Below are positions 24,924 through 33,993 of a DNA stretch of 64,000 nucleotides, piece by piece. The stretch is from Macrostomum lignano (taxonomy: Eukaryota), in the NCBI GenBank assembly GCA_002269645.1, contig NIVC01001155.1, forward strand, positions 1 to 64,000, in the 5' to 3' direction. A program made the translations under genes and the position numbers. The stretch's first letter is position 1, and every line of letters begins with the position of its first letter. Below the pieces are notes generated by a model. The model searched no databases and was not told the DNA's origin. It saw only the letters and a program-made list of their open reading frames with translations.

Positions 24924-25473
24924 TTGAGGCTAATTATCAGTTTCCAATCTGATAGAGCCAGTCTCAGGTGTTAACTTGAGGCTAATTATCAGTTTCCAAT
25001 CTGATAGAGCCAGCTCAGGTGTTAACTTGAGGCTAATTATCAGTTTCCAATCTGATAGAGCCAGTCTCAGGTGTTAACTTGAGGCTAATTATCAGTTTCC
25101 AATCTGATAGAGCCAGTCTCAGGTGTTAACTTGAGGCTAATTATCAGTTTCCAATCTGATAGAGCCAGTCTCAGGAGTTACCTTGAGGCTAATTATCAGT
25201 TTCCAATCTGATAGAGCAAGTTTCAGGTGTTTACTTGAGGCTAATTATCAGTTTCCAATCTGATAGAGCAAGTTTCAGGTGTTTACTTGAGGCTAATTAT
25301 CAGTTTCCAATCTGATAGAGCCAGTCTCAGGTGTTAACTTGAGGCTAATTATCAGTTTCCAATCTGATAGAGCCAGTCTCAGGTGTTAACTTGAGGCTAA
25401 TTATCAGTTTCCAATCTGATAGAGCCAGTCTCAGGTGTTAACTTGAGGCGAATTATCAGTTTCCCATCTGATA
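24924..25473. repeat. 52-bp tandem repeat, ~10.5 copies
   Basis: TTGAGGCTAATTATCAGTTTCCAATCTGATAGAGCCAGTCTCAGGTGTTAAC; period 25027 to 25079. Confidence 0.97.
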
Positions 25474-26180
25474 CTTGAATATGTTATTTTACACCCTCCC
25501 CACTTGGCACAGCCCTAAGATCCTTGACTTTTACGTCACAGTACTTCTTTGCTGCTTTTTAATGTACGTTATTCCTTCTAAATAATCAAATCACAAATGC
25601 ATAAAAGCCTGACGCGTCAGTCCAGCGACGCTGTGCTGAACTTTCGACTCAAACGAATTCAATCGCTTTCGTCTCGATTCATCACCGATTGTAGACGAAC
25701 ATCTACCTTACAGATTGATATGCAGCAGCCAGCAAGCTGACTTGTTGGGCATCGTGGGCACCTAAACTGTTGCGACATGCCATTCCGTTTACTTGCTCAA
25801 AACTTCTACAGCAGTCTGTTACAGTTTTGTGTCTGTAAATTTACTGCAATGGTTTCGCGAGTGCGCTACAGCTACCCTGATTTATGCCATCAGAAGCAGA
25901 GAATGAAACCAAAAAATACAGAAATTTTGATGCTCAAGTCGTAAAACTTGCTTGAAGTCTTCGTTTTATTGGCTCGTAATAACACAGAAATAGATTTGAA
26001 GTAAACTTTTTAAGAAATTTAAAAACAGCATAGTATTGAAAATTATACGTTGATTTACCAAATATTGAAATTTAGCAGAGTTAATTTTTGTTGTTTCAAT
26101 GTTCAATGTTGTTATTTCCGGCATGTCGTTAATTTGTTTTCGTGGCTTTGTAAATTGTTTAAATTCGTTATGACGTTCGT

Positions 26181-26786
26181 TCACGCGTGAATCCGTTTGT
26201 ACTTCATCCACTGCAGCTTCTCTTCGTTGTTGGCAGAAAAGTCGGAGCCACTGAGCGGCAGGCTGGCATCGAAGTAGGGCAGCAGGACGCACTGCCTCCT
26301 CACCGGGTGCCAGTAGTATCCGATGCAGTCCTCAAACTCGAACACAAGGCAGGCCTGGGAGCAGTGGAGGTGAGTTTTAGCCCTTGGTTCCTTGATCCAG
26401 CAGCCTGGGCTGGGTTGAACGTACGCGACGATTTCCGTGCGAACGAATTTACCAGTTGTCGCTTTGTTAGAGATTCGGTTGGCCACAGCGGCATCCTCGT
26501 AGCAGAGAACGTTTTTTAGCTCATTGCAAGTCTCGTCCCTCAGTTTTTTATACGAGTTCTTTCTGACTGTCACACAGTCTTGGATGTTTTCTTCATTATT
26601 TGGTTCGCCACTATAAAAATATGATTCGCCACCATCCGTGACCTGGCCGTCCTTGATCCAAATCCAGCCGTCTCTCTGAATGCCTCTCTCGTTCAGCGCA
26701 TCGACCAGTCCGACCCACCATGTTTCAGAAACACTCGTATCCGCCATGGCGTCGTGCACAGACCCATGACCGAGCGTATCAGTTTT
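26181..26786 (-). CDS. 3' exon of a C-type lectin domain + PAN/apple domain protein
   Basis: WWVGL..W.W..G..GEPNN..QDCV....LRDETC....LC (CTL with EPN motif), then C..AC....C.GY.W...C.L (PAN/apple-like). Acceptor CATAG at 26787-26791; stop at 26181. Upstream exon(s) not confidently located. Confidence 0.85.
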   Translation of the reverse strand, partial: KTDTLGHGSVHDAMADTSVSETWWVGLVDALNERGIQRDGWIWIKDGQVTDGGESYFYSGEPNNEENIQDCVTVRKNSYKKLRDETCNELKNVLCYEDAAVANRISNKATTGKFVRTEIVAYVQPSPGCWIKEPRAKTHLHCSQACLVFEFEDCIGYYWHPVRRQCVLLPYFDASLPLSGSDFSANNEEKLQWMKYKRIHA

Positions 26787-26794
26787 CTATGGAT

Positions 26795-28503
26795 CGGCCG
26801 AAGAGCGCAGAAACGAGCTGCGCACCTTCTTCGCCGCCATTGTCAACGCGCCGCCGCCGACTCTGCCGAACGAGATGCCGCTGCCCCCCGAGGTGGCGCT
26901 GCCGCGGCAGGAGGACTTCGACACCCGTCCTGTGACCAGCACCGACGTCGTGGAATTCGCCCGCAGGGCTCCGGGAGGCCGCGCCCCCGGCCCGGACGAG
27001 GTCCCCGTCGAGGCGCTGCGAGTCACAAGGGTTGCCACTGAGGTGGCCCGCGTGATGAACTGCGTCCTGGCAGGAGGCCCCGCGCCCCGCGAGTGGACCC
27101 AGGCCAACATCGTCGGCATCCCGAAGAAGCCGGGCACTACACGGAAGGAGGAGCATCGTGGAATCTCGCTCATGTCCTGTACCGCCAAGCTGTTCAACCG
27201 GGTGCTATTAGCACGGTTACAGCCCGTGCTGGACTCGTTCCTGCGGTACGAGCAGAACGGGTTCCGCCCCCATCGCGGTACGGTGACGCAGATCCTGGCC
27301 CTCCGCCGCATCATCGAGGAGGCGCGCATCCACCAGTCAAGCCTTATCGTCATCTTTGTTGACTTCCTCAAGGCCTTCGACTCGGTGGCGCGCGGCGCGC
27401 TGCCTCACGTGCTCCGTGCCTACAACGTACCGCAGCAGCTGATCTCCGCCATCATGGCGCTGTATCAGGACACCACCGCCGCGGTAGCGACGCCAGACGG
27501 ACCGTCGGACCTGTTTAGCACGACCTCCGGAGTGCTACAGGGTGACACTCTGGCGCCCTTTCTCTTCGTGCTGGTGATGGACTGGGTGCTCAGGACCGGC
27601 CTGCCGACATCAGAGGACGGCTTTCTGCTGCAAAGGCGCACCAGTAGACGGCACCCGGAGAAGAAACTGTCTGTCCTTGGCTACGCGGACGACCTCGCCC
27701 TGCTGTCTTCCACGGCCGAAGGCTCCCAACGGCTGCTGGACGGCCTGACTGCGGCGGCGGCGAGGGTCGGTCTCGTCATCAACGCCAGGAAGACCGAGGT
27801 GCTGACGGTGCCGCATGATCTACCCGCCGAGATTCGACTTCGAGACGGCGACGGCCCCGGGACGGCGCTCCCGAAGTGCCTTCAGTTCGTCTACCTCGGC
27901 GGACTGGTGCCGGACGTCGGTGACGACCTAGCGAGACGGCGCGGCAAGGCCTGGGCTGCCTTCCGATCTGTGCGGGCGGTGCTGCTCTCCGAGGCCCTGT
28001 CCGACGGCGCCAGGTCCCAGCTGTTCCAGGCGGTTGTTGAGACCGCCCTGCTGTACAATGCTGAGACCTGGACGCTGACCGGGGCGCTTGAGGCGCAGCT
28101 CGACGCGGCGCATGCGGCCCTAGTCCGCGCCGCTTTCGGCGCCCGCCGCGGCCCTGGCAGCGAGACAACCGAGTCCCTGTACAAACGCACAGGCCTGACG
28201 CGGCCTTCTGCCCTGCTGAGTCAGCGGCGCCTGCGGCTTGCCGGACATGTCATCCGGGCCGAAGCCTACTGCCCAGAGCCGCTGCAGGACGTCCTGCTGT
28301 GGACCCCGCAGGGACCGCGCAGGCGTGGTCAGGGACGATCAGCCCGCTACGTCGACCGCCTTTTTGAAGATGCGCGAGCACCCAGCCAGACGGCCGGTGT
28401 GAAGCACATTAGAGACCTGGCTCTGAAACGCGCGATTTGACGCTCCCCCCTCTTGGCCACTCCCGTGGCTGGCGTGGGGCGTAACTATTATTATTATTAT
28501 TAT
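26795..28503 (+). mobile_element. 5'-truncated RTE-like non-LTR retrotransposon with (TAT)n tail and 7-bp TSD
   Basis: TSD TATGGAT at 26788-26794 and 28504-28510; (TAT)n tail at 28486-28503; 3' UTR stem-loop; no endonuclease portion retained. Confidence 0.92.
26875..28440 (+). CDS. Reverse transcriptase (RTE-like LINE ORF, RT + C-terminal region; intact reading frame)
   Basis: APGPDEVP, YEQNGFR, FVDFLKAFDSV, GVLQGDTLAPFLF, YADD, YLGG, LLYNAETW, LAGHVIR. Confidence 0.93.
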   Translation: MPLPPEVALPRQEDFDTRPVTSTDVVEFARRAPGGRAPGPDEVPVEALRVTRVATEVARVMNCVLAGGPAPREWTQANIVGIPKKPGTTRKEEHRGISLMSCTAKLFNRVLLARLQPVLDSFLRYEQNGFRPHRGTVTQILALRRIIEEARIHQSSLIVIFVDFLKAFDSVARGALPHVLRAYNVPQQLISAIMALYQDTTAAVATPDGPSDLFSTTSGVLQGDTLAPFLFVLVMDWVLRTGLPTSEDGFLLQRRTSRRHPEKKLSVLGYADDLALLSSTAEGSQRLLDGLTAAAARVGLVINARKTEVLTVPHDLPAEIRLRDGDGPGTALPKCLQFVYLGGLVPDVGDDLARRRGKAWAAFRSVRAVLLSEALSDGARSQLFQAVVETALLYNAETWTLTGALEAQLDAAHAALVRAAFGARRGPGSETTESLYKRTGLTRPSALLSQRRLRLAGHVIRAEAYCPEPLQDVLLWTPQGPRRRGQGRSARYVDRLFEDARAPSQTAGVKHIRDLALKRAI

Positions 28504-28777
28504 TATGGATTGTGCAGAATGAAAATTTTTAATCAGCTGAAGAGATGATTGCAGATTCATGGGATTTTCACTTCGAGATTTCTCTCCGTTGGATGCTTTA
28601 TAGAAAGTTGGCAAACATCTTTTTGGTTACAGTCAGGCCTGTAAGGTAGGTACAGTCTGGTAGATAGGCCTGCTATGGAGTGAAGCATCCTACATTGTCG
28701 CGATTTTCCACCAATGAAGTGTGGAAGCGAAGGAACTGTGGCTCCAAGGCTGCTGGAGCTACAAGCTGCATGCATCT

Positions 28778-28778
28778 G

Positions 28779-28849
<71 letters not shown>

Positions 28850-28986
28850 TTCATATTGTATCTTTTACAATTTTACTCGCTTACAGCCCTGACAAAGAAT
28901 TTACTTAATTCGAAATATCGGCAATTCAACTAAATTGACTTTCTTTAGTCCTTTCTACCGTGTCAGTGCCGGGGATTGGAGGTGCC

Positions 28987-29021
<35 letters not shown>

Positions 29022-29035
29022 CTCTCTCTCTGTAC
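28778..29035. repeat. Two (CT)n microsatellites, each followed by TATTGTATCTTTTA
   Basis: Seen directly at ~28778-28846 and ~28990-29030. Confidence 0.85.
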
Positions 29036-29119
29036 CTCTCGTATTGTATCTTTTATCTAAAGCTGAGCATCCCCTTCTAGAGGGGTGGCGACATGTTTTT
29101 AAAAAGGGTAGAGAGGAGA

Positions 29120-30852
29120 CGGCTATCAATTTCCACCTGAAGGAAGCCTTGGCGCATGTCGATCGTAGAGAACCATGAGCAGCCAGCCAAGGAGTCAAGC
29201 GCCCGGTGCAAATGCCGCAGAGGGTGGGTGTCCTTCACTGTAAGGTTGTTCAGCGCCCGCCAGTCGACACAGACTTCGATGTCACCAAGCACTCCGATTT
29301 TGTTGATGAACTTCTGTGACGGCTCGAAGATGCCCTGTGTCTGCTTGGTCGCTGTCGTCACGTCCGCGACTTTAACTGACTTTGGCGGTACGACGACGGC
29401 GCCCTGAACTCTGGCGATGATCACTGTGGGTACCAAGCAACAGGACACCGGGCCATCAGCAGACCACCAGCACGTGCATCTGTCTGCGCAGCTGATGACC
29501 GAGTCGCACCGCAATGCTCACTCTTCCAAGCAGCTCGAGGACGGAGCTGTCCACAGACACAGGCATGACATCTGTCGGCTTCAGCTTGCAGCGACCATGC
29601 AGCTCTCTCAAGGCAAAGTCGCTGATCAGCGAGGTCTGCGCTCCGGTGTCCAGCAGCCAGCGGCACGGCTTGCTGTTTGCCTCTCCAGGAATAAAAATAA
29701 CCCTTAGAAGTTTCTCGGAGCCTAAAATGGACAGACAGAGGCCTTGTGTCCTCGCCCTGAGCACTTGTGGCAGATGATCTGGTTCCAGCTGTTTCTGACG
29801 CTGCTGACATTGCGCTGCACGGTTTTCGGGCTGGCCGCAGTTGAAGCAGCCGCCTCCTCGCTGCTGAAGGCGACGCCGAGTGTCAATACCGGACTGCACG
29901 CCGACCCTCGCGATGAGCTCCTCCATGCGTGTCTCCAGTCGGTCCAGGCGGTCCTCGCCTGGTCCTGCTACTGATTTAGCGCCGACGGCTCCGACTGTCG
30001 CCCAGCCAGCTCCTCAAGCCGAGCCACCCGCTGCAGCAGTCTCCAGGCTGCAGGTCTCTGCGTCCTCTGCCTTGAGCAGGTTGTCACGAATGTCGGCCTT
30101 GAACAGCTGAAGAATTTTGAAGCGCACAATAGAATTGTGGTAAGGTGCTTCGCTTCAAAAGTGAAATAAACAGAAAGCTTAAAATAAACATTTATTTACG
30201 AGCTAATATATTTCTTCCTAAATTTGCGACGCGAGGCGTTGCATTTTGAAGCAGCGAAATAATTTTTTGCAAATAAAACTTCACGAAATTAAAAAGGTAA
30301 TTATTGCAAAGTGAAGTTTCATTCGCAAAAAATAATTTCAATGCTTCAAAATGGTCCATGTCGACCGAAACGGGTCGCAAATTTAGGCAGAAATATATTA
30401 AATAAATGTTGATTTTAAGCTTTCTGTTTATTTGAAGCGCACATCTCGGTCTCGCTGAGCAATTGAGTCATCCGGTCTGGCTTTCTGGTGCTTCAGGTTG
30501 AAGCAGAGCTCATGCATCACCACGTTTCCTCGCGTAGAAGTCGTTCATGGCATTGAAGCTGTTTGATCGCTTCGCCTCCATTGAACTTTGTGAGGTCCTC
30601 CTGTATACTTTTAAGACTCTTGTCTTGTCTCGGCCAGCTCCCAGACGACTAGAATTGGGCTTCTCTCGTGAGCAGAAGCTTCACCTTCGATGCTACGGTC
30701 GCGTCATTCCATTTCGCATCGTTGGCGAATTCCTCAAAGATACACAGCCAATTTCTCACGTCAATGCCATCGATCTGTTCCACTGAACTTTGGCAGTAGC
30801 AGAAGCGCTCTGGGCCATTAGTGCACTTGCACCGGGGTTCTCGCTGACACCA
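29120..30852 (-). mobile_element. Decayed Ty3/Gypsy LTR retrotransposon: PBS, gag, zinc knuckle, protease, start of RT
   Basis: LTR end ..TTACA at 30854, PBS TGGTGTCAG (30844-30852), ATG 30818, gag motifs LPKFSG/DVRNWLCIFEEFA..W and RDRDVRFK..IRDNLL, CFNCG...C, LLDTGAQTSLI, CVDWRALNNLTVKDTHPL..LDSLAG..WFSTID..GF.QV. Multiple stops and frameshifts; RT breaks off ~29120. 5' LTR probably extends from 30854 to beyond 31440. Confidence 0.9.
30129..30433. mobile_element. Foldback MITE (~60-bp TIRs) inserted in Gypsy gag
   Basis: Arms AAATAAACAGAAAGCTTAAAAT..TAAATTTGCGAC (from 30164) and its reverse complement ending 30433. Flanking duplication GAAGCGCACA (30119-30128, 30434-30443). Removing it restores the gag frame RDRDVRFKILQ. 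Confidence 0.75.
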
Positions 30853-32136
30853 ATGTAAGAGCCGAGAACTTAGAGCATATAGTAGAAAAGGTAGTACTAC
30901 AATCGTATATGAACATGTACGCGGCCGTACTTCAATCGGTTTTTGTGCCGCATGTGGAAAAAAATTAGTGGCATCAAAATATCAAGCATCAACATGGAAA
31001 TGTAAGCCGTTTCTTGGCTCAAAACGTTTTAATCTTTGTGTAATCATTTCCTTGCAGACGCTTTCATTTGTTTTCCTTCGAATTGGAAAGTTACAGAATT
31101 TTAGTGGCCTTTTATTCTTAGCTAATGGCCACGTATATCCTACTGATTGCATTGCTAATAACTAATTTTTATAGAGGCTGGGTCGTTCTGCTTCTTGTAA
31201 TTCAGTGAACATGCATTCTAGAAACTTCTATGAATGTATGTTTAATCGTAACTTTGCACATTAATTTACATGAAGATACAGAACTCTTGCAGAATAGAGC
31301 TAAGCACTTTAGCATGCGAGTTTAGGCCTTAATGTAAATGAATGTGCTGAGTGAGCTGAGATTCCAGATTATTGACAGCAGTAGTTGTAAGACTCTTGGT
31401 TATGCTACTAGCGACAGTTGAGGGGTGTTTCTATTTATAAACCCGGGATGCAGTTTCGGGAGAAGCTTCTAAAGCATTGCCATATATGGCATATGGGGAG
31501 AGTGTAGAAGTTTACAGAAACACGTGAGGCAATTTTGTAAAACAGGTGCACACTAAGACAAGTCGTTAATGAGAAATACTTCACCCAAGAAGCAAAGCTT
31601 GACTTGCTTTACAGAGAAGCAACTTCAACTTGGCAAACGCACCAAAACCTTGAAACAAAAATTAAGTAAGAAGCCTTTTATAGATATGCATTATGTATTA
31701 AATGTCGATCAGGCAATAGAGTTTCATGTTTAGGCGCACTCAATCAGCAGTACATATTATATTTATTAACTACGAGTATTAATCTACGAATTGGATGCAC
31801 AATGTAAAAGAAAGTTAGTAAAAATGCGTTTTAACGTTTTAAAAAGCAGTACAGAACTTTAAGACAGAAGAAAATTATAACTACTACTTATACTAGTACG
31901 TCTGTACAAAGTTTAATAAATGCGACAAGTATATGACAATAATGACAGCAAGCTATAGCTTTTCCAGAATTAATTTTAGGTTTGTGCAAACCAATTTAGT
32001 TTTTAGTTTAGGACTTGATAGACTTAACCCCTTCTCATGCAGATCAGATCACATGCATGACGTAGGGTTGTTAGAATGTCTATGGCCAAACTAGCATCTT
32101 CTACTCGACATACACAGGAAATGACTATGATAAAGC

Positions 32137-32300
32137 CAAGGAGTTCTATAATTAGCAACCTGGAGTGGAAACGAGTTCCACCTCATGAGGCCAGACTAGC
32201 ATAGACAGAGTCAGACAGAGCCATAGACATTGGAGTGGCCTCATGAGGTAAAACTCGCTTCCACTCCAGGTTGCTTATTTTAGATTTATAGAACTCCTTG
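32137..32300. mobile_element. 164-bp foldback MITE-like element
   Basis: ~58-bp imperfect inverted arms CAAGGAGTTCTATAA..GCAACCTGGAGTGGAA..CCTCATGAGGCCA; flanked by CTATGATAAAGC / CTATGGATAAAGC. Confidence 0.7.
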
Positions 32301-33539
32301 CTATGGATAAAGCATTTAACGCCAATAAATATGTGTGGTCATCACCTGCCAATAAATTCCTGTAGTTATCACCTGGCAGTAAGTATAATATATGGTATAA
32401 CCCCAATCGATTCATTTATTTGATTGACAGAGTGACTGAGGGTGAGGGCTGTATTTATTGGCCGAGGCGAAGCGCGATACTAAAAGTGATACTTCATTTG
32501 TCCGAGGAGAAAACCGAGGAGAGAGACGACAAATTTCTCATACGATATACTTCTCTACTACAGTATTTAAATATGATTTTTCAATGTGATTTTTCATGTA
32601 GAAATTGACCACGACTTTTTGAAGTCTTTGTTCATTCATGCGAGAGTCAAGACCGATGATGTAAGCAGGCATAAGATGACCACGGAGGAGGAGATCGATC
32701 AGAAAATAGCTCGAAGAAGACAACTACCATCCTGTCCCGATGCACGCAGCTTCTCCGACTGAACCTCCGTGTGTTGAGCAGCCATCTGACAATAATGCGA
32801 TGCATCAATATTAGCGGGGTGAGACAAACAAGATTTGCATCGAATTTGACAGACAATGATTGAGTTCTGATCGATATGATATTACTTGGACGCCTGCTTC
32901 AAAGAGAGACGTTTCGGCCTTTATTGATAATCTATATAACATGATCACAGTGATCACAGATCACAGGGGGGGGGGTATTCAAAATTTTAAGAGATCTTTA
33001 ATTAACTAGAAACAATTCTTAATTGACGTTTCTGAAAAAGCGATATTATAGCTAGCGGAGAGTCAGCTTTTAGAGTCAGCTCAGGAGCAGTTGACTTAGT
33101 CAAGGGTGGCAGAATTCCACACTCATATAGTTGATGACCCAAAAGTCTTATTGGTACTCTCAGTAGCTACTAAAAGAGCTTGAAAGAGGAAGATATATAG
33201 CAACAATAGCTAATTGATGAAGATTTAAACTTCCGTAATTATCTCTCTCTTGTGGCCTTAGCAACTGACCACCTGACAAACAGTAACACCCTACGTTTCA
33301 TTTTTTGGTAAATGGACTAAATTAATGCCAAAATTATGATTTCTTTCTTAGGTCAGATTGAGTCAACTGCTTTTAACAGATCAAACTGACTGGAAAAAAT
33401 TACGATATTACAACTGTCTACAGCGGTCGGCGAACTCCAGCCCTGCAAAGCCTGTCTATCCGGCACTCGGGTCCTTTAAAACTTCACAATAGCAATCCGG
33501 CCTGTTTAAGGTTTCTGACTCCTCTCAGCTCCCTTCTAT

Positions 33540-33860
33540 CTAATCTCCCCTACCTTCTATTCTCTCCCTTCCCTCCCTTCTCTCATCTCCCTTTTCTTCC
33601 CTTTCTCTCCTCTCCTTTCTCTCCCTTCCCCTCTCTTCTCTCCTCTCCCTTCTCTCCACTCCCCTCTCCCTTCTCTTCTCTCCATTCTCTCCTCTCCCGT
33701 CTTTTCTCTCCTTTCTCTCCTCTCCACCCGCATCTCTCTCTTCATCCTTCCCCCTCTCTCCTCTCCTCTCCTGTCTCCTCTTCGCTCTCTTCTCTCCCTC
33801 GTCTTGTCCCTTCTATTCTCCCTCCTGTATTCTCTTCTCCATACTCTCTACTCTCTCCCT
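33540..33860. repeat. CT-rich low-complexity tract
   Basis: Almost pure pyrimidine sequence. Confidence 0.85.
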
Positions 33861-33993
33861 TCCTCTGGGCCGCAATCATCCGCTAGACTGTCCATCTGGC
33901 CCTTGGGGTAGACAGTTTGCAAACCTTTGGTCTAAAAAAAATCATAGACATAGTTTACAGAAAAAGACGCAGTCCAAAGTCAATAAAATAAGA

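Noticed and set aside
24924-25473. CRISPR-like appearance of the 52-bp palindromic repeat (and of the 28-, 24- and 21-bp arrays)
   Set aside because: Units are contiguous with no unique spacers, no cas genes are present, and the context is eukaryotic.
28510-28775. Upstream exon of the lectin gene (..DCNQKDVCQLSIKHPTERNLE, GTGAAA donor)
   Set aside because: In phase, but the donor is weak and the CTL N-terminal motifs are unconvincing; not called.
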